Positions 1 to 12,109 of a stretch of 64,000 nucleotides of DNA are shown here, one piece after another. Position 1 is the first letter of the stretch. The number at the start of each line of letters is the position of its first letter. The notes beneath the pieces are model-generated. The model was not told the DNA's origin, ran no database searches, and saw only the letters and a program-made list of their open reading frames with translations. The DNA comes from Macrostomum lignano. Lineage: Eukaryota. Both the position numbers and the translations under genes were made by a program. The DNA is taken from positions 310,001 to 374,000 of the forward strand of contig NIVC01001340.1 in assembly GCA_002269645.1 (NCBI GenBank). The letters are read 5' to 3'.

Positions 1-579
1 AGAGTTATTTAAGAGTCGCCAGAGTCACTAGTGAGCTGTTTGCAGTGACTCTATCTGATAGCAATTCTTGTCACGGTAACGTTTTCAACGGGCTTATGCT
101 GTGTCATGCACTACTGTCAAGTCTGTAGTTCATGCATCTCGTATTTTAGGATTAGCTTTGGATTTTCGCTACTCAAAGTATGAATTTCTAAAAAAATCTC
201 ATTACCACAAAGGTAGATATTCACATGAATGATAGATATTCATTCAGAGATACTCTTTTGAGATCTTGGATCATTGTGGCCACATACATTGCAGATAAGT
301 AGTCCATAGTACTCCTTCATCCATAATGATAACGTTCGCAGGAAGGCTGCGGGCACCCTGGTGCAACGCCTTCGGCGATATTGTCCCACGAACTAGCGCT
401 GACGGCAATTCTTTGTGTGCCTTGGGGGTTGGGCCTCAACAAGCTGCTTTCGGCCTTAGATGATAAAAGTCAAATCAATCGGACCGCTCGCAGTTCCAAG
501 CTCTGCCACCCTCCCTCCCACAGACTGCAAGCCATTAAAATACAATCGATAAGAGAAGACTAATATTTTCGGTATTCAC

Positions 580-976
580 CTGGCTTAGACTCCGAGGCAG
601 CTTGCAAACACATCTGCACATCCTCCCAGATGTGGCCCTCGGACACGGCCAGGAAGTCTTCAATGTTGGTGATCTCGTCAACCGCCAGGGTCAGCAGGTC
701 GATGGCGTCGCGCCAGGCGCCGACAAACACTTCGAGATTCTCTTGGGCAACGCGCGACTGCGGACGGAGAGACAGGGACCGGGCGGCGTTGAGCACCTCG
801 GCGCTGATCAAGTCCACCTGACCGGCGGCTTTGCGGACGAGTTTCACCGAGTCCTCGCTGCTCATTGAGCAGGCGAGCTGGCCAACCTCCGTCAGCTTGG
901 TCACGTGCTCGTGGAACAAGATGGCCAGGGCTTCTACCTGTAGGTATGAGATGGGAGATGGAAGATGGGATATGTC

Positions 977-1019
<43 letters not shown>

Positions 1020-4000
1020 GCCTGTCTGTCGCAAGCCACTAACCTGGGCCTCCTTGCCCTCGCGCGCAGCACTGAGAATCATGTCCAGCGGGCCTTCAAC
1101 GCCCAGATAGTTGTCGGACACGTGATCCACAACGGCCTGCCGCAGCTCGTGCCGCAGCCGGTCGGTGCCGTTAAGCAAGCTGCGCACGGATTCGTTCAAA
1201 GCCTGCGATCTGTCCGGCCGGCCGGCGCTTCGGCCAAGCTCGGACAGCAGATCCTGCAGAGCCTGGCGCACCGACTGACACTGGCCGACAATCCGATCGC
1301 GCCTGTCCGGCCGGGTGCACGGGCTGTCGGCCAGCAGGGCGGCGCCGCTGATGATGTGCTCCAGTCGCTCCTCTAGGAATGGCCGGACCCGGCTTTCCAC
1401 GTATTCGTGCGGATCGATCAGCACCTGGGAGATGGAGAGGGTAGCTCTGCTGATCCTATTAACCCCAAGCTCAGAGTCCGACTAACCTCAATCTCAGATA
1501 AAACTAATCTTAAGCTCAGATCCCCAATAATCTGATGCTTAAATCTCCTTTAATCTGATGCTTAGATCCCCATTAATCTGATGCTCAGATCCTCATTAAT
1601 CTGATGCTCAGATCCTCATTAATCTGATGCTTAAATCTCCATTAATCTGATGCTCAGGTCTTCATTAATCTGATGCTCAGATCCTCATTAATCTGATGCT
1701 CAGATCCTCATTAATCTGATGCTCAGATCCTCATTAATCTGATGCTCAGATCCTCATTAGGCTAATGCTCAGGTCTTCATTAATCTGATGCTCAGATCCC
1801 CATTAATCTGATGCTCAGATCCTCATTAATCTGATGCTCAGATCCTCATTAGGCTAATGCTCAGATCCTCATTAATCTGATGCTCAGATCCTCATTAGGC
1901 TAATGCTCAGATCCTCATTAATCTGATGCTCAGATCCTCATTAATCTGATGCTCAGATCCTCATTAGGCTAATGCTTAAATCTCCATTAATCTGATGCTC
2001 AGATCCTCATTAGGCTAATGCTCAGGTCTTCATTAATCTGATGCTCAGATCCTCATTAATCTGATGCTCAGATCCTCATTAGGCTAATGCTTAAATCTCC
2101 ATTAATCTGATGCTCAGATCCTCATTAATCTGATGCTCAGATCCTCATTAATCTGATGCTCAGATCCTCATTAATCTGATGCTCAGATCCTCATTAGGCT
2201 AATGCTCAGGTCTTCATTAATCTGATGCTCAGATCCCCATTAATCTGATGCTCAGATCCTCATTAGGCTAATGCTCAGATCCTCATTAATCTGATGCTCA
2301 GATCCCCATTAATCTGATGCTCAGATCCTCATTAATCTGATGCTCAGATCCTCATTAGGCTAATGCTCAGATCCTCATTAATCTGATGCTCAGGTTCTCA
2401 TTAATCTGATGCTCAGGTCCTCATTAATCTGATGCTGAGATCCTTATTAATCTAATGCTCAGGTTCTCATTAATCTGATGCTCAGATCCTCATTAATCTA
2501 ATGCTCAGGTTCTCATTAATCTGATGCTCAGGTCCTCATTAATCTGATGCTGAGATCCTTATGAATCTAATGCTCAGGTCTTCAATAATCTGCTGCTCAC
2601 TCCCATTAACTCCAAGCTCAGATTTCCAATTATTCATATAATCATATCTCAAGCCCAGATCCTCATTATTCCTAACCTCAGATTCCTAGTAATCTCAATT
2701 TCAAGCTCAGATCCCCGTACCCCAATATCAGATCCTCATAAACCCCAATCTCAGATCCCCATTAACCCCAATCTCAGATCCCCATAAACCCCAATCTCAG
2801 ATCCCTAAAAACCCCAATCTCAGATCCCCATAAACCCCAATCTCAGATCCCTAAAAACCCCAATCTCATCCCCATAAACCTCAAGCTCAGATCCCGAATT
2901 AAACTCAATCAAACCTTTTTCTCGAATTCCTCCAACGCGGCTGCCAGCTCGCCAGGTCCCTCATACTCGAGCGGCTCCGAACTGCCAGTGGCCTGGGTGG
3001 CCCCGCTAATTATGTTGATTGCGTCGGCCACCTGTTGGAAAGCGAAGTCGCGATTCTCAACGGCCGAGCCAAGATCCGGGTGGCGGATGTACACCTGCAG
3101 TGACGGGCGTGGGGCTAAAGATCAGAACTATTAGTGATGATATCTAAAAATTAATTTTAAAGATCAGATCCCATGGCATCAATATCAGATCCCATAGCAT
3201 CAATATCAGATCCCATACCATCAATATCAGATCCCATACCATCAATATCAGATCCCAAAGCATCAATATCAGATCCCAAAGCTTGATTGTCAGATCCCAT
3301 AGCCTCAATACCAGATCCCATAGCCTCAATATCTGATCCCATAGCATCAATATCAGATCCCATAGCATCAATATCAGATCCCATAGCTTCAATATCAGAT
3401 CCCACAGGCCAATAACAGAGCAATCAACAAACCTTAGAAGCGGTCAGAAGCATGGGGTTGATGCGCATCAAGGTGGCCCTGGCGGCGGCGATCTCGTCGC
3501 GACGGCGCGGATCAATCAGATCAACCTGACGGCGACAGGCGCGTTCGTTCAATTCGACAGTGTGATCGCCGTAGCTCTCGAAGCAGCGAGTCAGGTCGCT
3601 CTGGTTAGATGTCTCGCGTAGGTGCTCCAGGTCCGTCTCCACCTGTGAGATAATTTGAAGATAAGCGACTGCTTGGTAAATAATTAAGCAAGTAAATAAA
3701 CAATTCCGTTGGTTCTAAACAACCCAGTCTAGTTTGGGCCGCTGGTCCTCAACAGCCAGTCTAGTTTTGGCCGCCGGTCCTCAACAACAGACTTGTTTAG
3801 GCCGTCCGTCATCAACAACCCAAACTTAGTTTATGCCGCCGGTCCTCAACAACCCAATGTAATTTAGTTTGGGCCGCCGCCGGTCCTCAACAACCCAATG
3901 TAATTTAGTTTGGGCCGCCGCCGGTCCTCAACAACAGACTTGTTTAGGCCGCCAATCCTCAACAACCCAACCTTAGTTTATGCCGCCGGTCCTCGACAAC

Positions 4001-4640
4001 CCCGTGTAATAATTTGGGCCGCCGGTCCTCAACAACCCCACGTTATAGTTTGGGCCTCTGGTCCTCAACAACACAGCATAGTTTGGACCACTAGTCTTCA
4101 ACAGCTCAGTGTAAATTGTTTTAGTGAACTAAAATAACCGAATTGGTGAACTAACAATCCTCAGACTGCGCAGCAACAGGTACACATCGACCATATCGGC
4201 CAGAATGAGCAGTCTCGTGACCGCACTGAGCAGGGCTCGAGCCGCTCGAACCATAGTGGCCCGTCGGCTAGCCGAGCAGGGCTCCCCGGCGAACTCGCTC
4301 GAGGCGGCGTACATGTCGTCGCCAGTTCGGCGAACATCTTCAATAGCGGTGAGCATTTCAGCCCGGACGTCCGGATTCTCGTCGGCAATCTCCTGGCCCT
4401 TGCGAATGAAGTCCTCCGTGGCCTGCTGCACCGCCGCCACCAGCACCATGGCCCGCTTGGACCGGCCTTTGCGCCGGTTGCTAGGGCGCGAAAATTAATT
4501 AGCGTAGTCACCTGGGTAACCAACGGTTCGAGGGTTCGTTCGACGCTTTTAGTACGAATTTCGAGATTTTTGGGGTCCCATTTAAGGTGACCGCTGGTAG
4601 TGGTCGATGTTATTGTTGAGGTGCGACTTTGCATAGTCAT
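580..4640 (-). CDS. CTNNA: Alpha-catenin, 5' five coding exons (gene continues beyond left window edge); 1-bp frameshift in exon 1
   Basis: Exons with GT-AG boundaries: 4640-4156, 3642-3433, 3094-2915, 1424-1044, 937-580. Translation contains KWDPKNLEIRTKSVERTLEPLVTQVTTL, MVRAARALLSAVTRLLILADM, LEERLEHIISGAALLADSPCTR and ITNIEDFLAVSEGHI, all recognisable alpha-catenin segments. The frame changes near 4487. Confidence 0.95.
976..1030. repeat. (TCTG)n microsatellite in alpha-catenin intron
   Basis: Direct reading of the tctg run. Confidence 0.95.
1525..2600. repeat. 23-bp minisatellite (atcctcattaatctgatgctcag) in alpha-catenin intron
   Basis: About 45 tandem units with variants; fills most of intron 1425-2914. 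Confidence 0.95.
2730..2900. repeat. ~20-bp tandem repeat (aaaccccaatctcagatccc)
   Basis: Several tandem copies sharing the tcagatcc core with the adjacent array. Confidence 0.85.
3160..3410. repeat. 21-bp minisatellite (atcaatatcagatcccatagc) filling alpha-catenin intron 2
   Basis: About 11 tandem copies; source of the spurious LWDLILM/GSDIDAM ORFs. Confidence 0.9.
3720..4110. repeat. Degenerate tandem repeat (tttgggccgccggtcctcaacaac core) in alpha-catenin intron 1
   Basis: About 10 imperfect copies. Confidence 0.85.
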
Positions 4641-5899
4641 TTTTGCAGCTTGGATTAATGCTTTAGAGCTGCAAACGGTGGAGACAATGCATATTATGGA
4701 ATTTTTATCAGGCGACACAATCACAGTGCCATTCAAAAACCTAGGATGCCAGATGGCATCGGCTGAAAAATACCAATGTCTCTATCAATTGGGGGCTGTA
4801 GCCTACTAGATACCCTTTGCACTGCTGAGCCTCTGGCTCACAGTAATAAAGCATTTGGAACTGATGCTTAAAAGGAAATGGAATTCAGCCTGAAAAAAAC
4901 TGGGTGCCAATTTGGGATCCTAGGTCAAAATACTCAGATTTTATCTTAACATTATATTCTAAATACATTTTAAATTGTAAACTGAGAATTGATCTCAATG
5001 TTAAATTCTATACACAGCTTACTTGACATATGTACATGCAATTGGCATTTACTTCATGCAATGGATGCAATAAAAACTCCGTGCAATCTACTTTGAAATA
5101 CATATTAGAGAACTTGATGATGTTCTTGAGTGTACAAGTAAAACTGCATGTGTTTCCAGTCACCTTTATAAAAAACAAATACTCATAAAAATGTATGAAT
5201 AATGGATAATGAAGTGAATGCTCTATATACACCATAGTCTGGAACACTATATACCCCACAAAAAAGATAACCAAATTTGATGTATGCTGAATGCATTTAC
5301 CTTACACAAAGCTCCAAATTGTCATTTTTGAAATGTTACCACTAGATGAGTGATTTTGATATTTAATTTCAATTAGACAAACTTGAAAAACTTAAAAAAA
5401 GATTATACTCCTATAATCTTTCACATATATAACAAACAAAAACAAAATCTCGTAAAAAATATAAAAGTCTGTTTTGCATTAAATAGTTATAAAATTTTAT
5501 TATATTAGCATTATATATGCATTGGCAACTATTGTGACTTATTAATAATATATATTTTTAATTTTTGGTATTTGTTATGTACCAAAATATTAAACATGTA
5601 CACTAAAAGCCCAAAATCACTTTTTGTACTCCAACATATATACCCAATTTCTTGAGCATACCCTGGAAATTTCTAATGTACATACCTTCTTCCTGACTAT
5701 GACATACACATATTTGGCACCAAAGTAGGGCCTAACCTGTTACCAAACTAGGACTTCTTTAAGTTTATATTGATAAATTAGTTGCAATTTTGAAAGGATC
5801 ATAATTAAGTCTCTTTAGAGGTTTTTGATAGTGCTGATTTCAAATTTGAGCTTCATTTTTTGGTAGCTTCAACCTAACTATATATAGCTTAAAACTCGG

Positions 5900-6315
5900 G
5901 CATGGGGAATAGGGGTTTTAGGGTGGGGAAATTCTTCATCGGGTTGATTTTATCAACATAAACTTGAGTAGAGGCATTGAGACCTATTCAAGATGGTGTT
6001 GATAAATTTCAGACTTGGGGGAGATGGGTAGACCCTAGGGCCTGTCAAAAGGTCAATGACCAAATACGGAGACATGAGGAATGGGGGGTTTTAGGGTGGG
6101 GATCCTTGATGGGGGTTGATTTTATTGACATAAACTTGAATAGAGGACTAGAGACCTATTCACAAAGGTGTTGATAAATTCTAGACTTAAAGGAAAAGGG
6201 GTGGACCTTACCAATAAGGTCAATGACCATCCATCAATGCATGGAAAAGGATGGGGGGTTTTTAAAGGGGGAGTCTTCATGGAGGTTGATTTTATCAATG
6301 CAAACTTGAATATTA
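5900..6315. repeat. ~175-bp diverged tandem duplication (~2.3 copies)
   Basis: gggttgattttatcaacataaacttga...gagacctattca...ggtgttgataaatt...aaggtcaatgacca recurs at ~5940, ~6113 and partly ~6283. Confidence 0.8.
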
Positions 6316-6734
6316 CAGACATTTTATTGTATGATTGATTATTTACATCAATAAATCATTTGGCAAGAGGTGTTAACATAGAACACAATAGCAAAGGTAG
6401 CAACATCAGAATGTAGGAGACAAGCAGTGCATCATGGATGTGCCAAATTTAAAAAAGAGGAAACCATAATATGGCAATTATTTTACATTGTAAAAAAACT
6501 CAATATCAAATTTGATGCAGTCATTTTTATGCATTGTATACTATAATTTAATGACTGTTAATATTACTTGTGATTTATTAATTTTATAATCATAAAACAC
6601 ATAAACTTCAGTTTTTATTTCAAAAATTGTTTATTTTTATTAAAATATAAAATTCATTGAAAGAATTTTTATTGAATTAATTGACACCAAAAGATTAATA
6701 TACCTAGGTTGCATCACAATTAAACATGCTTGGG

Positions 6735-6888
6735 CGCAACCTAGGAATTCACCCAGCCATTTCTATTGGCAACACACACATGTAAATTGCTATTGGACAA
6801 AATAGTAGTCACGTGACTACTCTCAGCCAATAGTGACTTACATGTATGTGTTGCCAATAGAAACCGCCGGGTGATTCCAAAGGTTGCG
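6735..6888. repeat. 154-bp imperfect inverted repeat (foldback / MITE-like)
   Basis: Arms cgcaacct..tttctattggcaacacacacatgtaa..ctattgg and its reverse complement surround the perfect palindrome agtagtcacgtgactact. Confidence 0.85.
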
Positions 6889-8383
6889 CATGTCTGCCAT
6901 TGAATATAGTTTTTTGGTGATTTTTTGCTTTTTATTATTTTGGGCATTCCTCCCATCAAGTATCTGATGAAAATTTTTTATCAGAAACTTAAGAAAAAAC
7001 ATAATTTTTGACCTAGATCTTATTTATTTGGCAAAAAGTTGTTGTCTATTATATTATGCTATAAAAAGTTAGGTCACTATATTATAAAATGTTGTTTTAT
7101 CTATTAGCAAACAAAAAAAATGGTAGACAAGATCACTAAACACAAAAAGTATACTATATATATAGTAAGGGCCTACACCATATGACTAGTTGAGCCTAGT
7201 TATATGGTGGCTAAAAGAAAATTTAAAAGTACATAGTCATTGGAATTAGTTTGGACAAAATTTAAAAGGTAAGAATTTGCCTTTGAGGGCTTTGAGTTTG
7301 AGGCTTTGACCTTGGCTTTGGCCTGTGCCTGTGGGTGAATTCATTTAATTTTCAACATAAACATTAGATAATTTATTTTTTGTTTATGGAATACGATTTT
7401 TTTATTTTTGAAGTTCAGGCGCATACCCCAGGTAGGCCTACAATTTTTTTCATTCATGCAGATTAACCTGTAGAAGTGTGAGTTATACCCTGTTTGGTCC
7501 CGCCTGCCTTAATATTATTAAAGCATTAGTTTAAGTATATTAAAAGTGGATCCATTCAAAATTAATGCACAGATCATAGTTGACGTAAGTAGCACAACAC
7601 GAAATCTTCAAGAGCAGGAATTAAAATTAGTAAGACAGCTAAACCATTATGTCAGAGTGAGGGACTCTCACAACGGGCCGCGGCCGCAGCCTGGTCAGCT
7701 CAGTAAACTTCCGCGAATTTGCTGAAAATGTGTATAAGAAGTAAATGTTTATTATTGTATAAAAGCTTTTTTTACTATATTATTACTGTTAAATTAAACT
7801 TACTTTATTTAGTTTTTACGTAAATTTGAAAACAGTAGCTATGTTTTGTTGTTTTTTTTGAAGTTTACGGTGTTTCAAACAGGCATCTTCAATGTGCAAC
7901 ATTACCTTTACTATAGTGGTCCTTTTTTACTAGAAAATTGAACAGCTTAAAGCTCATGTTGAGTTTTGGGTTTTGGATCTGAGGATGTCTGACAGTGATT
8001 TCAGGATTTCCAGGGATTATTGCAGATGTAGCAGTTTTTATATGCTACGAACATATTATTTGCAAAAAATCTTAATACAGCATAAAAACCAGCAAATTTA
8101 TTTTTTAATCAAACAATTTGGTCAAGGCCGGTAATAATTAAATCTTAATGCGAAATAATTTAAGGAAATTGTAAGGACCAGTGTGGTACTTTGAGCTAGG
8201 AAAGTTGGTTAGACAATTGTAGACCCGCGCTTGTACATACAAACATGAAAAGAAAGGATCGAAGGAGTTGAAGAAGAATTTTTCACACAGTCTAAATTAG
8301 CCTGCTGTCTCAGTAGTTTTCTTTTAGTGCCGAACAGCTTTAAACTTAACAGCCGTTTGCTTTTTGGATTGAATCCGTCATGG

Positions 8384-8611
8384 TGTAGCATGCGCAGGCA
8401 GGCAGTTCGGGCACCTAGTTTGCACTCCGTGACCCCCACCCAGCATATCCACTTCCCTCGGCTCGAGCACATACTAACGCGCACTCAATGAACCGGAAAT
8501 CTGTGACCAGACAATAAATATACAGGCACAGCCACATTCTATATTTCTCCACCTTTTTGAGTGGCTAACTAACACTCGCAATAAACCATGCAGCCAGAGT
8601 TGCTCGCTACA
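8384..8611 (+). repeat. 5' LTR of outer element
   Basis: Aligns to 17141-17366. Confidence 0.93.
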
Positions 8612-8633
8612 TTGGCGTTGTAAGCCAGAACCC

Positions 8634-11083
8634 AATGGCGCTACTACAGCTACAGCCGCCATCCGCATTCAGCATCAGTGCGGACCCCCAACCGTCAGCA
8701 AGCGCTGGACAGAGTGGGCCACCACACTAAAGCGATATTCCTGACAGCATCAGGAATCTCGGACGACGCCCAGAAGCAGGAAATCCTCCTGTACACCGCG
8801 GGAAAAGAGGTTGCAGACATCTTTAAAAAGATCTCAGAGTCGCGTCCCGCCACTGATCAGCCGGAGCAGCAAACGCTCGACTCACTCATAACGGCGCTAA
8901 CTCAGCACTTTCAAGGACGCGACAATGTGGTGTTCACCCGGTGCCAATCCGCCAGTGCACGCAGCTGGACGGGGAAGCCATCAACAGCTGGTACAATCGA
9001 CTGTGCAACGCGGCTGAGGCCTGCCAGTTCGGCGAGCTGCGTCAGTCCCGCATCCGCGACCAGATCGTCGCAGCTGCTGCCGCAGCGAATCCCTCCGAAA
9101 GCGGCTGCTCAACGTGCCCAACATCAGCCCCCCCGAGGCCCTACAGCTGGCGAGAACAAACGAAGCAGCCAGCCAGCAATCATGGAGCGCTAGGCAGCCG
9201 GACCAGCTGAAGAAGTGCATGCGGCTCGCGACAAGCGCCCCGCAAGGCGCCCGCCAGCCAGCCCGGCCGACAAATGCCTGAGGTGCGGAGAGGCAAGCGC
9301 TGCAGCAACTGCGGCAAGCTGCACCACCTGGCGAAGGCGTGCTTAAGCGGCCGCGCACGCATCAACATGGCAGAGCCTGAGCCAGAGGAACCAGAGTGAT
9401 GGGGCTCAGCGCTTGGAGTTCACGCATGGTGGTCGTTCCAAAGGCCTCGCCAGGCGAGATCCGCATCACGCAGGACCTGAGTGAGGGACGTCAATAAGTG
9501 CGTCATCCCAGAAAAACAGCCAATACTGACATTTGAAGAAGTCACCGACGAGATGGCCGGATCCATTTCTCCGAACAAGACGTTGCCAAGGCCTTCCACC
9601 AGATCGAGGTTAGCGAGGATTCCCGGCAGCTGCTCACTTTCTCAACGCCTCTGGGCCTGCTCCGCCCCAAGCGCCTTTGCATGGGATTTACCTCAGCATC
9701 GGAAATCCTACAGCGCGTCATGACATCTATCCTGAGCGGTTTGAGAGGCGTGCGGTGGGTCCACGACGACATCATTATCTTCGCCAGCACCATAAAGGAG
9801 CACAACGAGAGGCTGCGCAACTGCCTCGACAGGCTGCGCCAACACAACGTGCTCTGAACCCCCGCAAATTCCGCATTGCAACCCAGCAGGCCGACTTCCT
9901 GGCCATGCGCCTCTCGGCGGCCGGAATCCAACCGACCGAGGAAAAGCTGGAGGCTGTGGCCAACTTCAAGCGACCAGAAAATGCAACGGAGGTGCGGTCC
10001 TTGATCGGGCTCGTCACATTCGTAGCCCGCTTCATCCCAAACCTCGCCGACAAAGCGAGGCCACTTCGAGAGCTGACCAAGAAGAGCGTGAAATGGTCGT
10101 GGGGCCCACAGCAAGCCTCAGCCTTTCAGTCAATCAAGCAGTCGATCGCTCACAGCACGACGCTTGCCTTCTTCAACAAGAACTGCGAGACCAGGTTGAT
10201 CGTCGACGCCAGCCCGACCGGCCTCGGGCGATCCTCGCCCAGGTGCAACCTGGCGGCCTCACCAAGCCAATCGCCTATGCCAGCCGCAGCCTCAGTGACA
10301 CCGAGCAGCGCTACTCTCAGACAGAGAGGGAGCTAGGCGCTGGCCGTCAAATTCGGCTGCCTCAAGTTCCACCACTACCTTAGCGGCTGCCCAAAGTTCA
10401 AGGTCATCACCGACCACAAGCCGCTGCTCAGCCTGCTCAGCCCCGGCTCGCGGCCCCCGCCGCGGATCGAGCGCATGGCACTTCGGCTGCAGGATCTCCA
10501 CTTCGAAGTCACCTACCAGCTGGGCGCAGACAACCCGGCAGATGTCCTGAGCCGCCAGCCACGTCCAACACCGCCGAACAACGAGGGCGAGGACCTCGAC
10601 ACGGCCTACATCGCAATGACAGCACAGGCAGCAGCGCCGAACAGCATCAGCCTCGACACGATCAAGGTTTCCGTCGCAGGCGACAAGGCGATCCAAGCCG
10701 GTCCCATCGGTGGGAACTCGACAGCCACGAGACGCGCAGCCTGCACGGCTTGCGGCACGAGCTCTCACAACACGACGGACTCCTGCTCAAAGGGCACCAA
10801 ATCGTCGTTCCCGCCATTCTGCGCTACCGCTGCCTGCAGCTGGCGCACCAAGGCCACCTGGGTGTCCAGAAAACATTGGCACGCCGTCGAGAACTTTGTA
10901 AACTCCTGCCTCAGCTGCAAGGCCTGCACGAACACAGCCGAACTGAAGACACCCCGACTCCAGCCGACTGAGCTGCCGCAGGGGCCATGGCTAGAGCTGG
11001 GCCTGGACTTCCTGGGACCCATCAGAGGTCACATGCTGCTGGTGTGCACCGACTACTTTTCACGTTTCCCACTGGTACAGTAC
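8634..11083 (+). pseudogene. Outer element gag-pol, 5' part (gag, Zn knuckle, RT, RNase H, integrase start); multiple frameshifts; protease apparently deleted
   Basis: AQKQEILLYTAG, RIRDQIV, CSNCGKLHHLAKAC. The sequence jumps directly to RT (MVVVPK..GEIRITQD) near 9410, then LIVDASPTG, PIAYASRSL, ITDHKPLL, PWLELGLDFLGP and TDYFSRFP. Confidence 0.88.
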
Positions 11084-11248
11084 TGTAAGATGGTTTGCTT
11101 AGTTGATTGCGTGTGCGCACGTTCACTAGCTCTTATGTACATTTGCTCGCTGTACAATGATAATATATAAGTGAATGCCTTGGCGCCCTGGGCAGCCAAA
11201 AGTTGGTCTACACCTTAAGCCAATTTCTCGTTTTCGTTTGTTCTTACA
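11084..11248 (+). repeat. 5' LTR of inner element
   Basis: tgtaag...cttaca; matches 16255-16419. Confidence 0.97.
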
Positions 11249-11268
11249 TTGGTGGCAGCGGCGGCTAT

Positions 11269-12109
11269 GACTGAAAATGAAGGCAGTGCAGAGAGCCCTG
11301 CAGTGGCGGTGACTCAGCCCCAAGCTAGTTTTGTCAACATGTTTTTGCGGCCGCCTCAATACCAGCATGGACAAGACTTTGAACTTTGGCTGGCGCGATT
11401 CAACAATTTCGCATCATCTCTTCCTGTGGATCAGCGCAAGAATGCTCTGCTGTCATTCCTCGACGACAAATCATATCAAGCGGCCAGCAATTTGGATGCT
11501 GCCCTGTCCTACGACGACTTTGAGAAGGCTCTGAAAAATCGATTTCGGCCATCAACATCCTCTGCTGAGCTGCAGGCGCAGTTCTTCAATCTGACTCAAA
11601 AGGACGGTCAGTCGGTTGCAGACTATTCCGATGCCCTGATCGTTGCGGCAAAACGCGCTTTCCCGAGTCTGATGGAGACGAAAGCAAGTGCCGAGCAGGA
11701 GACGTCGGTGACAGCGAAGGACGAGCTTCTCAAAGGTCGGTTTCTATCCGGATTGAGGGACCCAGCTGTGCGAATGCAGACGCAGATGCAGCCAAAGGCG
11801 ACATTCGCTGATACAGTTGAAACAGCGCGATTCGTGGAATCGATACAGTCGCAAGGAGGCACTGCTACGGCTCTAGCTGCTGAGGTTCCGGAAGCCTTTG
11901 CAGTCGGAATTCAACGGTCCCTGAAGGAGCTGTCCAACAAGCTCAGCCGCTGGGAGTCAAAGGACCAGGATCATCGTCAGAGCGGCGACAGACGCAGAGT
12001 TGTGACATGCTGGAAGTGCGGTAAGCCGGGCCATGTTCAAAGATTTTGCACTCAGAAGTCGGGAAACTTCGATGGAGCGGCGACCGCCGGGGTGCCGTTC
12101 CGCAAGTGA
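11269..12109 (+). CDS. gag: Gag of inner element
   Basis: Open ORF with FELWLARF, LTQKDGQSVADYSDAL and the CCHC knuckle CWKCGKPGHVQRFC. Confidence 0.92.
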
